DNA of 64,000 bases from Phoronis australis (Eukaryota > Animalia > Phoronida), in contig NMRA01000001.1 of the NCBI GenBank assembly GCA_002633005.1, positions 2,148,933 through 2,212,932 of the forward strand, in the 5' to 3' direction. Shown here piece by piece: positions 35,801 through 46,803 of the stretch. Positions within the stretch are counted from its first letter, which is position 1. The number at the start of each line of letters is the position of its first letter. Both the position numbers and the translations under genes were made by a program. The notes under the pieces are model-generated. The model saw only the letters and a program-made list of their open reading frames with translations, was not told the origin of the DNA and did no database searches.

Positions 35801-38800
35801 TTGCTACTTCAGGATTGTAGAGGATCTCTGTGTAACGCTGCTGGGTTGGAGCCGTGCCAGTGCAAACCATCAAAGGACAAACTGTGGATGGACGAGACAC
35901 TGTGTCATCTCTGTTGTAAATTATCTAATGGCGAATGTGGGTTAGTTGCATAAAAGGCAATGATCATCATCTAATTAAAGCTTTTTTGTAACAACTAGAA
36001 ATTTACAACTTCCTGTTAAATCACTTTGAGGTGGTCAACATCACATCTAAAATTGCTTGTCTATGTACACCAATCTCTAGCTTATTGGTCATTTCTCTGG
36101 CCATCCTTGGGTGTCAGTTACAGCATTCTTGGAAGAGTAAACAAGGGTATTTGATATATACGGTGGCCCGAAAGTATCATCGCTACTTTTGTTTAAATAT
36201 TTTTTCATTTTTCATTTTCCACCTAGGTGGAAATAATTCAACCTAGGTGGAAACTATTTTCACCTCGTTGGAAACTATTTTCACCTGGGTGGAAACTATT
36301 TACACCTAGGTGGAAATTGTTTTCACCCGGGTGGAAATTATTTCAACCTAGGTGGAAATTATTTTCACCCGGGTGGAAATTATTTCAACCTAGGTGAAAA
36401 CTATTTTCACCTGGGTGGAAACTATTTTCACCTGGGTGGAAACTGTTTTCACCTGGGTGGAAACTATTTCAACCTAGGTGGAAATTATTTTCACCCGGGT
36501 GGAAATTATTTTCACCCGGGTGGAAATTATTTCAACCTAGGTGGAAATTATTTTCACCCGGGTGGAAAGTATTTTCACCCAGGTGGAAACTATTTCAACC
36601 TAGGTGGAAATTATTTTAACCTAGGTAGAAATTATTTTCACCCGGGTGGAAACTACTTCAACCTAGGTGGAAAGTATTTGCACCAGGGTGGAAATTATTT
36701 CAACCTAGGTAAAAATTATTTTCACCCGGGTGGAAATTATTTCCATGCTTGTACTTCGTTTGGTTAACGTGACGTCATCTACTTGCGCTAGGAACAAGTC
36801 ATGTGTCAAGCCATAGCTGCACACCCTTTTGTAGCACTCTAAAAACAATGCTCTTTGTTTTGTTAATTCATGTCAATCGGTTAGATCATTCTGCCACCAC
36901 ATGTTTGCAGACATATGTGTTAGAGTGTTAGCATGTACAGGGCAATATGTGCAAGGAATTTCGCTTGACCTTGAAAGGTTTCCTTTTTAGCAATTTATGT
37001 CGGCAATTATCAATTTGAGTCCCTTTAAGCTGTTTGGTTTCTGTCATCTATTGCTAGTTGTGTAACTTTAAGTCTTTGAAACCTGTCAGCACCGGAAGGG
37101 TGAGGCTTTTGGACAACAACAATAATACATATATGTCATTTATTTATCGGAAATTTCTCAACGTTCTACACCATACACTATATTTGTTAATGGCTTGGGT
37201 TCGTTGCTGAAATCCGGCAACCTTATTCAGAGAGTTGTTTTGGAACTAGGAGTAATACGTAATCACACTGTCTCTGTTAATGTCCGCGGCAAATCCAAGA
37301 GGCAGATTAGGCGCCGACATTGCAACCTAATCCGAACTTTGTTGAACAAAATGGCTGGCCCAATCGACCTTCACCTACAAGACTTCATCCAATCACAACA
37401 CAGATGAAAATAGGTGCCCGGATGTATGACATTTTCACCCAGGTGAAAATAATTTCCACCCGGGTTAAAATAATTTCCACCTAGGTTGAAAAAGTTTCCA
37501 CCCGGGTGAAAATAATTTCCACCTAGGTTGAAATAGTTTCCACCCGGGTGAAAATAATTTCCACCTAGGTTGAAATAGTTTCCACCCGGGTGAAAATAGT
37601 TTCCACCCAGGTGAAAATAATTTCCACCTAGGTTGAACTTACCACCCGGGTGAAAATAATTTCCACCTAGGTTGAAATAATTTCCACCTAGGTTGAAATA
37701 TTTCATCCTAGGTGGAAAAGGAAAAATAAAAAAATTAATAAACTAAGATAGCGATGATACTTTCGGGCCACCGTAGATATATGTTTGGTGGGCACATTAA
37801 TTAGATTATATTTTCCTGGTAGAGAGCAAGCTTTGAAACTGGGTCCTTTCAGTTGTCAGTCCAGCACTTTTACCACTAAGCCACTGGGTCATCCATGATT
37901 TTGATGAAAATTTTGCTAAACATTTTTCCTTATTGCACAGGGTGCTCCCCATTTAAATTTCACTAGTGCATTCTTTGGGGATATTAAGATGATTCTGATA
38001 GGTGGTGGTGTACACAAGTCAAGTCGTCCAGTTGTTGCTCAGGCGGGTTACACATGAAAGACAGTATCAAAGGATTAAAGGCAGTTGTAATTCACATATC
38101 TCTTTCTTTATTCAGTTGTAGTTAACTGATTTTTGTCATGCAAGCAATGCGAAAGTTGAATTTTCAGCAATAGATTTAGTTTTTATCATAGTCCAGTATC
38201 TAAAATGGGCAATAAAAATGTTGCCACCAAACAGGCAGCCATTATCACTGACACCCATCTCTGTTCCCTAGGCAATACCAAAAAGAAACTGGTCATAAAA
38301 GTCCAGGTCCTGTGGTAAATGCCTATTGTAATCCCAACTGGTAAGATGAGCATTCATAGTTACTAGTTGGAAGTGCCATCAGTAACGCTTAATGGGGGTT
38401 AGCCTCAGGTAGATATTGCTGTGAAACTTCACAGGCGAAGTAAATAGACAAACGTTGGTGGATACTGAGAATGGGCTAAAAGCAGGGCATTTTATATGTC
38501 GTCCTCATTGCTGAGCTCACTTCAGATCCAGATGACGAAGTAAATTTCATTCATGTGTAATTTCAGGAGCAGTTTTTCCTCTTCACAAAAATTTCCAGAT
38601 ATCATTAAAAAGAAGAAAATGAACCCCGGTGAAGCGTGTTATGATAATCAGGGATTTTGCGATGTGTTTCATAAATGCCGAGCGGTGAGTATTTCATTTA
38701 AAACAATTATAGGAAAGGAACTATACAGCTAGTATGTTTAGTTAGCAGTACATTGGTGGTATCATTTTCTTTCTTCCATGATTACATATTTTTATGTATA

Positions 38801-40597
38801 GTAAATATAAACGCTGAAGTTGGCCAATAGTGAAATATAGATCAAATAAACACAGAGCAATCGGGAATCCCAACTGGGAATCGAACCACAGGTCTCTAGA
38901 TTGCCAGTCTAGTGCTCTTACTACTGATCAGCTGAGGGTCTGATATCTGAGGACCCGATTCCCAGTTGGGGTTCTTAATTTTCCATGTTTATTTGATGTA
39001 TTTATTATGTGAATGCAATCTAGAGAGTTTATTCAATTCACAGAATTGTCTGAAATCCCAAGAAATTATATTTTGTGGAATTCATTTAAAGGTTAACACG
39101 ACCTTTGGATTAAAAGTATTCTGTCTGAATTGTATCTGCTTTTTTGAAAGCTAAGTGTCTTTTACTTGGCCCAATTTCTAGTTCGTGCAAGATGGATCAA
39201 GTTTACAGGGAAACAATTTCTTTCATTCGCTGATATCTTAATATGATAATTGAAATTTTTGCGCGAATCACTCTAATATCTGACCATACCAACAGAGGTA
39301 ACTTAACAACATGATGGTTGTAAAGAATTTATAAAAAACACTGGGAAATCTCACCCTGGGGTGTAACCAAGTTAAGATGCCCCCTTGTGTTGCTCAGACA
39401 AGTTACACAATGGAGGTTGGGACATATAAACAAAAAAACAGCAGTTGCAATGTGTGTTAAATTTCTTTTTGACAACTTGACACCCGTGCAAGATTCTGAA
39501 TGGTTTGAAGCCAATGTATTTTGACTAAGACTGTTCATGCTAAAATAATTAACAGGTTGATCCAACTGGTCCGTTGAGTCGGTTGAAAAAAATGCTAATT
39601 GGTTTGGTGGAATTAGGGACAGTGAAAGCATGGTTAAAGAAGTATTGGTACATAGTGCTTTCTGCCGGGATCGTCTTCTTCCTGGGTCTGGTAAATATAC
39701 ATTTTTTTCTGTTAAACTGTCTTGTATATGAAAAGTTTAAGGTTATACATAGAACCCTAGAAAAAATACAATTTGTCAGTGCAACTTCAGAACATCTTCT
39801 CTCAGAGGTGGGTGATTAGATTCATATGATACTTTCAGATAACATGCTTTAATGAGCACATTTCTCCAAAATGCTGCTATAATTGTCTTTAACTGAATAT
39901 GTTCCAGTTTTGTCTGATGGGTTATCAAAAAAATGGACTTTTAAAATTTTCATGAAAAACTCAAAAGTTGCATAAAGTGAAAACGAAATAAATTAGAAAA
40001 CTGTAACAGCTTCACCATTTATAGTGAATAAAATTTGGTTTCGTTGATACCGTGGTATTGGTATCGATGCACCTTCTTTTTTGCTAATTTCACTAAAATG
40101 ACTCGGTCACATTATCCAGTTAATGGCAGATCAGTATAAAGTCAAAAATCAAATTTTATAGACTTTCTACTTTCAGAAAGTATATACCTTTACTGCTTGG
40201 CTGAATGAACATACGGTCTTGTGTACATAAGGTTCCACTTTCAAGCCGGGGAAACTGAAGATATGAGTTGATGCTTTAATTGCAGGGCATTTTGATCAAA
40301 GTGTGTAGCCCTAAGGTTCCAAGTGACATGCCTCAAAAGAGACGGCCAACTCACAAACCGGCACTAAAGAAGCCGAGCAATAAGCCCCAGAATCAGCTTA
40401 AACTGGGTTCCAAATCAAAGCTGCGAGGATCACAACAAACACCAGGGATGGCTTCAAAGCCCAGGTCACAAGAACTACAAAAACCAGCGGGGCTTGCTTC
40501 CAAGTCCAAGCTGCAAGGTTCACCACATGGAAGTCCGAGACCGGTTGCCAAGCACAAGTCACACGGATCCCCACAAGCACCTCGAAGGCAGTATTAA
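17810..40597 (+). CDS. ADAM10: ADAM10/Kuzbanian-like disintegrin and metalloproteinase (about 795 aa)
   Basis: Exons 17810-17882, 19372-19492, 20062-20186, 24596-25045, 25593-25858, 27616-27744, 31604-31784, 31980-32133, 33561-33659, 35429-35525, 35813-35940, 38567-38684, 39556-39690, 40286-40597 give one phase-consistent 2388-nt ORF. Motifs: furin site REKR, FTHRDFEGGTLGLAW, KSLNTG, HEVGHNMGAPHD zinc motif, Met-turn GNFIMY, disintegrin CGNGVVEANEECDCG, GFCDVFHKCRAVDPTGPLSRLK, TM helix. May be a paralog rather than the ortholog. Confidence 0.93.
19372..19492 (+). CDS. ADAM10: ADAM10-like exon 2
   Basis: YPIKPFIGHFEPVYY...YEFSAYGR. Confidence 0.88.
20062..20186 (+). CDS. ADAM10: ADAM10-like exon 3
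   Basis: LFKLHLHRDGGVFTED...FSGTLQ. Confidence 0.88.
20537..23790. repeat. Near-identical direct duplication of about 1.63 kb (20537-22165, 22167-23790) joined at a single N; likely assembly artefact
   Basis: N at 22166 lies exactly at the junction; copies differ by scattered substitutions and small indels. Confidence 0.85.
23668..23921. mobile_element. MITE with CAGGGCTTGGA TIRs
   Basis: CAGGGCTTGGA...TCCAAGCCCTG; same termini as 56051-56546. Confidence 0.6.
24596..25045 (+). CDS. ADAM10: ADAM10-like exon 4
   Basis: DGLFEGTI...REKR...TCQVDIHIDHLFY. Confidence 0.92.
25593..25858 (+). CDS. ADAM10: ADAM10-like exon 5
   Basis: CLGYLFTHRDFEGGTLGLAWLG. Confidence 0.93.
26217..26650. mobile_element. 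Fold-back element with two outward-facing tRNA-like modules
   Basis: Perfect 21-bp terminal inverted repeat GCAAACATTTTTAAGCCTGGT; arms remain inverted to about 26398/26471; B-box-like GTTCGAGTCC in each arm. Confidence 0.7.
27616..27744 (+). CDS. ADAM10: ADAM10-like exon 6
   Basis: KSLNTGLVS...HEVGHNMGAP. Confidence 0.93.
28521..29643. repeat. Direct duplication of about 560 bp (28521-29083, 29085-29643) joined at a single N; likely assembly artefact
   Basis: N at 29084 at the junction; few differences between copies. Confidence 0.85.
31375..31490 (-). mobile_element. tRNA-derived SINE-like remnant
   Basis: Minus strand has degenerate A box and B box (GGGTTCCGAGTCCC). Confidence 0.45.
31604..31784 (+). 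CDS. ADAM10: ADAM10-like exon 7
   Basis: HDD...GNFIMYSRANTGSQKNNNKFSHCS. Confidence 0.93.
31980..32133 (+). CDS. ADAM10: ADAM10-like exon 8
   Basis: CGNGVVEANEECDCG...CKLKANAQCS. Confidence 0.93.
33561..33659 (+). CDS. ADAM10: ADAM10-like exon 9 (ends at a U12 donor)
   Basis: PSVGPCCNEQCRF...NAVC, followed by |ATATCCTTT. Confidence 0.9.
33660..35428 (+). other. U12-type (minor spliceosome) intron, AT-AA (or AT-AC)
   Basis: 5' site ATATCCTTT at 33660; branch site ACCTTAAC at 35411-35418; no usable AG before the next exon. Confidence 0.85.
34850..35120. repeat. Dispersed repeat, second copy at about 37945-38210
   Basis: Shared TCTGATAGGTG.TGGTGTACA...GTTGCTCAGG..GGTTAC block. Confidence 0.6.
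35429..35525 (+). CDS. ADAM10: ADAM10-like exon 10
   Basis: GANSTCPATVSRNENKVCND...ACKKG|GTAAGT; alternative start 35423. Confidence 0.85.
35813..35940 (+). CDS. ADAM10: ADAM10-like exon 11
   Basis: DCRGSLCNAAGLEPCQC...LCHLCC. Confidence 0.9.
36218..36743 (+). repeat. 21-bp subterminal tandem array (TTCACCCGGGTGGAAATTATT / TTCAACCTAGGTGGAAATTAT), about 25 units
   Basis: Directly visible. Confidence 0.92.
37430..37718 (-). repeat. Same 21-bp array in inverted orientation, about 13-14 units
   Basis: Reverse complement of the 36218-36743 units. Confidence 0.92.
37830..37887 (-). mobile_element. tRNA-like SINE head remnant
   Basis: Minus strand CAGTGGCTTAGTGGTAAAAGTGCTGGACTGACAACTGAAAGGACCCAGTTTCAAA resembles A and B boxes. 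Confidence 0.4.
38567..38684 (+). CDS. ADAM10: ADAM10-like exon 12
   Basis: PGEACYDNQGFCDVFHKCRA. Confidence 0.92.
38845..38995. mobile_element. Small fold-back element with a tRNA-like module
   Basis: CCCAACTGGGAATCG ... CGATTCCCAGTTGGG inverted pair; outer AAATAAAC/GTTTATTT; minus-strand GGTTCGATTCCC B box. Confidence 0.5.
39556..39690 (+). CDS. ADAM10: ADAM10-like exon 13 (transmembrane)
   Basis: VDPTGPLSRLKK...WLKKYWYIVLSAGIVFFLGL. Confidence 0.92.
40286..40597 (+). CDS. ADAM10: ADAM10-like last coding exon (cytoplasmic tail)
   Basis: GILIKVCSPKVPSD..., stop TAA ending at 40597. Confidence 0.85.
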   Translation, partial: GILIKVCSPKVPSDMPQKRRPTHKPALKKPSNKPQNQLKLGSKSKLRGSQQTPGMASKPRSQELQKPAGLASKSKLQGSPHGSPRPVAKHKSHGSPQAPRRQY

Positions 40598-42334
40598 GAG
40601 CGAGACGTCCAAAAACACCAAACTCCCTAGCAACGTCGAGGCATCATTTGCATATATGTACTAACACATGAAAAAGAACATTAATTAAAAGGATACTAAA
40701 CCCTATTTTGGTGATTTTTTCCAATCCTCGTTATGTCACCCGTTAATGCATCATTACGCTCAATCTTCCAAGACAGAGACAGGTTTCAAATAAAAACTTA
40801 TAGTCTTTATCTCACAAGTTGGATATTATGGTTTTTGGAGGTTGGTCTTTTCCCACAGTTGCAGTGTAATTCATTAAAAGCATAGGTCAAACTTGTCCAG
40901 CAGATTTCGAAAGAAGCTTTTAAAATTTACTGCAAACTTTCGAGGGTTGCCCAGGGTTACACAGCATTATTTTGTTTCAGAGAACTGGATGGGAAAGACG
41001 TTTTTAATATCTGTTAATTAGCCAAAACCGGGTTCTGTATCCTTTTAAATACAGGAACAAAAACCATAGGAAATCAAGGGCACAGGAGTGCCAAAACAGT
41101 TGTGTTAGAACTGAATGAAGTGCATCTTCAGTGATATATAGGTGAAGACTGGGCACCTCCTCTGAACTACATTGCCAGTGCTCTAGGCTGGAGTTTCATG
41201 CAGGCAACTTGTCAAATGGGTACTAGGTTTCTGCTGTTTTTCATCAGTTAGGTGATGAGAATTCATTGAGGCCCTATCAACTGTTCATTTTGTCTGAAAG
41301 GCTCAGTTCATTTTTCTTGTTAATTAGTCTTTCAGTGTTGTATCATTATGGCAATGTCGTTTCACAGTGACAGTAATTTATACAGAGATTTGTTGGTTGT
41401 TCAATGTTTTTTTGTTAAAATTTCATATGTAAAGAAAGATGGTTTTAGTACAGCCCAGTTGTTTTTGCGAATTTTTCATACTGGAAAAAGACATGACTAC
41501 AACCATAAATAAATCATTTTTGAAGATTATGTTTGTACTGAAATAGAGCAGCATGAAGGACGGCAATATTATTTGGCGTTAATTTCTTCAAGTCTTTGCT
41601 ATAGAAGTGGTTTGGAATAATGACTGTTTGAGTGAAACATTCTTGGTTAGCCTTATGCCGTAACCCTAAGCTAACAGTGTTACCGGCACTAGGACAACGG
41701 ACGGACGGACAGGATGCTGACCACAGAATATTTTATGTGCACATAAGGACCTAAGTTCAACAAGGATTAATTGACTGAAATCTGATATTAACACAACTGT
41801 AATAAGTCAAAACACATCAAAGCTGGAGAAAAAATATTGAAACCCTAGTCAGTCAGCAAAATTCCTAATATTTTGCCATTTTCATGTAGAACCGTAAAAA
41901 ACAAGTATCTACAACACAGTCAAAATCAGTGTAATGTGCTAGTCAGCCGCCGATTCTTCTTCGAAGTAGAAATGTATGGGACACGATATCCTTCATCAAT
42001 GGATATTTCAAGAGGGTTGCCTTATTCCATAAGCCACTGGTACAGCCCACCCCACATCAATGAAAATTTGCTACCATTATGACAGCAGGAAAGGTGTTAA
42101 AACACAGTTTAAACCTGTAGGTTGAAACCTGTCCACATTACATGGGTCTGTAAGTGGTGCTGAATGCCTGTCCTCCAAAGACCTATTGCCGTCTGGCAAG
42201 GAGGTGAATTTCAATATGGCGTGACTATTTTGAGAGTCTGCAATTCCACAGTTCACTTCAAGAGTAGATGGTGAGTCTATAATAACTTCAAATGAAATAG
42301 TATGAATACCAATTACATAAGATTATTTTATTAA

Positions 42335-42828
42335 AGGCGCTTTCATAATGACTTAACTCCAGTCTGAGTGTAGCGTCGACGTAAACAGCGTAGTTAACTG
42401 GACTGTTCATACTGGCTTAGGTAGTTAATGAACATCGAAGTAAACGGTTGGTGACACTGTCGTCATCGAAGTTATCGCAAGGTAGCGCTGCACGCAAAGA
42501 TTTTTTTCAATGAGACAATTTGAGAACCTTACATGTGCTAAATGACATTAAACTTATTTTTAAATCGATTAGTTGTTATTAGAGCAAAATATAAGCAGCT
42601 ATTAGTGACGACACTACCCTGTAAGTGTTGACGATAACAGTGGCACCTGGCGATAACTTCGAATGGACCGAAGTTACGCGTTCATACTGCACCGCAGCGT
42701 CGAAGCTGCGCTATTAAATCCACCTGTTAACTGGAGCTGTTAACTGCGATCCATGACTGGAGTTAAGCGTTCATACTCACCGCAACTCCCCAAATCATTG
42801 ACATGTCGACGTTAGTATGAAAGGCCCT
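42335..42828. mobile_element. PIF/Harbinger-type MITE
   Basis: Imperfect TIRs AGGCGCTTTCATAATGAC / GTTAGTATGAAAGGCCCT; TAA/TTA flanks; internal GTTCATACT repeats. Confidence 0.65.
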
Positions 42829-43809
42829 TTACAGGGTAGTTGGAATTTCACGCAGTTGTTCTCACCAACAGCATTCATTTCTCACAAACACAATTCTTTT
42901 TTTACTGTATAAACTTTCTCACGTACCACAGATCCTCAGACACTTGTTTTCTCGGCATAACCACAGCTGAACTTTTCACTAGCAATTGGGTAGTACAAGT
43001 AGGCATGAGAAACTTAAATTTATTGAATGCTAAGTACAACTGCTTACTAGCAAGTTATTCACCAGAGAAGAAAACTGTTGGTGAGGAAAGAACTGTCAGT
43101 GGTTTATGAGGAAAGAATTGCTCGTGCGGAATATGTCTGTGCATGAGAAAGAGCATAAAGCTTGTGAGAAATATTTATGAGAAACAAAATATTGCTGGTT
43201 AAAATTTTTCATCAAATAAAAAGATAAATATGAAATTTTTGGGGAAAAGACAGTTTGCAGATTCCAACATAGCTACATGTGTATTTGTAGTTTATGTAAA
43301 TTACCAAAGATTTAAAGTTCCAAAAGAATTGAAGTTTTCATAGTTCTAACAAAGTTTTTCATGACTATAAGGACCATTACTGTGACAGTTGTGTACACAG
43401 TTCATGATTACCACAGTTTCTTACTGAATCTGACATCCCTTGAGTTGTGATGATGGAGGCACAGAAATTTGGAGCTGCTTCATAATCGTAGATGCCAGTA
43501 GTTACAGCAAGAATGTTGACATTATCACAGCTGGCAGTCAGAGTTTTGAGATCACACTGGCTTGGAAACAAGCCCTAGAAGAACTGTACGAAATTCTGTG
43601 AAACCTTGCATGCTGCCAGTCAGTATATACCCAGAGATTGACAACGTACATTACATCAGTAGGCGATTCACACTACATTCACAGCATCGCCTGTACTTGA
43701 TCTACATGGCAGGCTGCACCATGAGGGTCAAGTGCCTTTAAGTTGATGTAAGCCAATTGTTCTGGTGCTAAGTACATCAACTTTCTTAAGGGGTGGGTGC
43801 TTGCGTGGT

Positions 43810-44270
43810 TAGGTCAACATGTCACACTGGATGGCAGAAGTGATGAAGAAATAAAGATACGCATCCGCGTCCATACGGATAATGTATAAAAACCTGGAGA
43901 AAAAAATAGAAGCCTTTGAAATGTGGACATTCAGACGCATGGCAAGAATCAGCTGGACAGAAAGAACGACCAACAAAGATGTTTGTAACTTGCTCAAAAT
44001 TAAACCATCACTCCTAAATACAATCCAAACACGAAAACTGAAATACTTTGGTCACATTGAGAGGCATGACACCATCTGCAAGAACATACTGGAAGGAAAA
44101 ACAGAAGGGGTGAGAGTAAGAGGTAGACAATGCAGAATGTGGCTGGATGACATCAAGGACTGGACGAATCTATCACTGCAAGAATGTACCAGAAAGGCAA
44201 AGAGCAGAGCAGAATGGCGAATCATTTCAAGTCGACCTCTAAGGAGATGACACCACGTAGCTTAGCTTAG
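43810..44270 (+). mobile_element. 5'-truncated RTE-clade LINE, 3' end
   Basis: LGQHVTLDGRSDEEIKIRI, then KKIEAFEMWTFRRMARISW...RKLKYFGHIER...ILEGKTEG.R.RGR...WLDDIKDW; tail (GCTTA)n; possible TSD GTGGT. Confidence 0.88.
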
Positions 44271-46581
44271 GTGGTCATTTTCATTTTTTTGTATGTAGAT
44301 AGGTGTTGCCAAGCACTATCTAGGCTATGCCATCAGTTTTTCACTGTGGCTAACCATCTTCAAGTTATTCATTGAATTTTTGGAAGACTGTTCATGTATC
44401 GACCCATTCCTCATTGCAGTATAATTGTTGATTGACTATCAGTTGTACACGACCATTGTTTCTCTGTAAATCATTCATCGTATTCATTCATCATCTTGTC
44501 GTCATCATCATCTTCATCGTGTTTTATTCAATTTCACCAACCTTTAGAGTTCAAGGCTGCGTTTCTTATCAGTAATCAAATTGTCATAATCATCCATCAT
44601 TTAAAATTCAATTTCGTTGCTCTCATTGTTTGTAATGGTTTATCCAACCGACATGTTATTAACTAACAGTACTTATCATCATGTCCAGAGGTTCACTTCG
44701 TATGGTGTGTTGCATTTTTTTAATGATTAAAATCATCATTTATGAGTAGAGCACATCCACAACATTAACAAAATAAAACTGGAAATTAACAAGCACTTCA
44801 TAAACTTAATGTTTTAGTACATAAAAAGTAAAAATACAAAAAATGTATACAGCTCATAGTTTATACCAGATTTCTGTGACCTGAAGCAGTGGTATAGTTC
44901 ACGACAAAGAAATGGATGAGGTAATGTATCTACAGTTCTGTTGTTTTTCTCTCATTATTTAAACTCTACATTCCATGACTTTCGTGTTTTGCTATTCAAC
45001 TTTTGTTACCATACACAGCCACTTCTAGCTCCATATTTTTATTAATAAAATAACGAAGTTGGTTCACTTATATCCCCAAAGCAGTCATTTCTGCAAAACC
45101 AATACAACTGAAAAGACACAACCCTGAGTATAACCAAAACACTTTATTGATATCCTTGCAGTTCATGATTCCAGAGAACATGTATATCCAAAAATAATTA
45201 CATTGTGTTTTCAATTTTATTGAATTATAAGAGCTGTGCACCATGCTAGAGGTACATAAAATTACCAGAAATTAAATTGGTGACAACATTTATACACAAG
45301 TGTCGGTCACAAAATGCAAAACTATAAATAAATGAGAGCTGAATAAGATGTTAACAGGATGACGTAAATGACGAAACAAACAGTTACAAGCTACGGCATA
45401 ACCATTAACAGAATTGTGCTTTTTAGGAACTAGATATTGCGGTGAGTGTCGTCCAAGTCCTAGGATACTGGGAGTTGGTTGTTTATTAAAACTGAACAGC
45501 GTTGATGGTAACAGGGGACACAATTCCTGTTAGAGACACAAATTTTTTGTAGCATGACTAGTTTTCAAGTTTTTGGCACGATTACACCCTTGTTGTTACA
45601 ACGGAGTTCAATTACAGGTAAGCCTTAACTAATAATGAACACCACAAGTTCAGTTGAACTTGCTAGAAGTCCCTTAATACAAATTAAATATGTCTAAATA
45701 CTAGGCATGAATCTAGATGGTTGACCAGGGTACCAGTCTGGAAACTGTTTCTTCAAATTTACCTTGAACCAGTTTGAGTCGAAGAGCTCACGTTGGTTCC
45801 TAGCTTTTACTTGACATTAAAGTATAAATTTTATCTTTCTGATGTTTGAGGAATATCAGTCTCCTTTTGTTTGATCTCCCCCCCAGTCAACATCCTGGAA
45901 ACATGCCTTTTAATACATTTAACAACCTCCAACAAACTACAGCCAAGCAATAAATACAATCTACACATCAAACAGATGTAAGGTACCAACAGTGTCCAGA
46001 CATACACTTAACTATAGGGCAAGTTACAACTGAGACAACTTGCTGAGTGTACAAATGAAAGCCAAAACTGGTGGCAAAGCAATAAGGAGGGCACAATTCC
46101 ATCAAATGCAGCTTAGGATCGCACTGGGTAAAAATGAAAGAAATAAACAATTTAACACACCTTTGATTAAACAAAGCCTAGATATCTAAACTTTGCTGTT
46201 TCTCTGCAGCTGGAGTGACTGAACATAAAGAGTCTGAGTCAACTTTGAGCTCCAAAACAAAAAATGAGTTCATGGTCGACTAATCCATAAATTCTCCTCC
46301 GGTTCACAACAACGTACAGAAATTGGTTTCACTTTTGTGTAATTCTTAAATATTTCACAACTGGTGAACCAGGCACTTATGCAATCTCCAATACTTTCAC
46401 TTTGTCAATAACAAGGCATTAGACAGTATGGTGTCTGCACCTGTAGCGCAGAAGTTTAGTGTTGAGTTAATGACAGACTTCTTTGTTTTAAAAGCCAGAG
46501 TGATGCGAGTAGAGTAAATGATAACTAGATTGTCTCTCACTGTTATAACAGACGAGGTAGTGAGAATGCCATGTAGCATAA

Positions 46582-46803
46582 CATGCGCGCACCCAGCCTT
46601 GAAAATGGGGGAGGCTCGAATTTCTGTCGATGTGGACCCTTTGCTGACAAAACATTGATAGGACTAAAAAAAACGGGGTACCACCTTCTTAGTGCACTTT
46701 TGTCACGTTTTTTCGGACTTTTTGTTTCTCTAAGGCGGACCTTTTTGCCCACTTCACCAAATGAGGGGGCTCATTCAAGCCCCCCCCCCCGGGTGCGCGC
46801 ATG
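46582..46803. mobile_element. MITE with CATG termini and 5-bp TSD
   Basis: CATGCGCGCACCC...GGGTGCGCGCATG; TSD CATAA. Confidence 0.82.

Larger units (their letters stand above)
36159..37775. mobile_element. Non-autonomous IS3EU-type DNA transposon
   Basis: Termini TACGG...CCGTA; TIR TACGGTGGCCCGAAAGTATCATCGCTA; 6-bp TSD GATATA (36153-36158, 37776-37781). Confidence 0.8.

Noticed and set aside
36218-37718. CRISPR-like array, or the repeat-protein ORF 37371-37706 (GGNYFNL)n
   Set aside because: Units are contiguous with no unique spacers, there are no cas genes, and the context is a eukaryotic intron. The ORF results from a stop-free 21-bp unit inside a transposon.
41640-41760. Helentron-associated element with (GGAC)n microsatellite
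   Set aside because: Only about three GGAC units and no definable termini; too weak to call.
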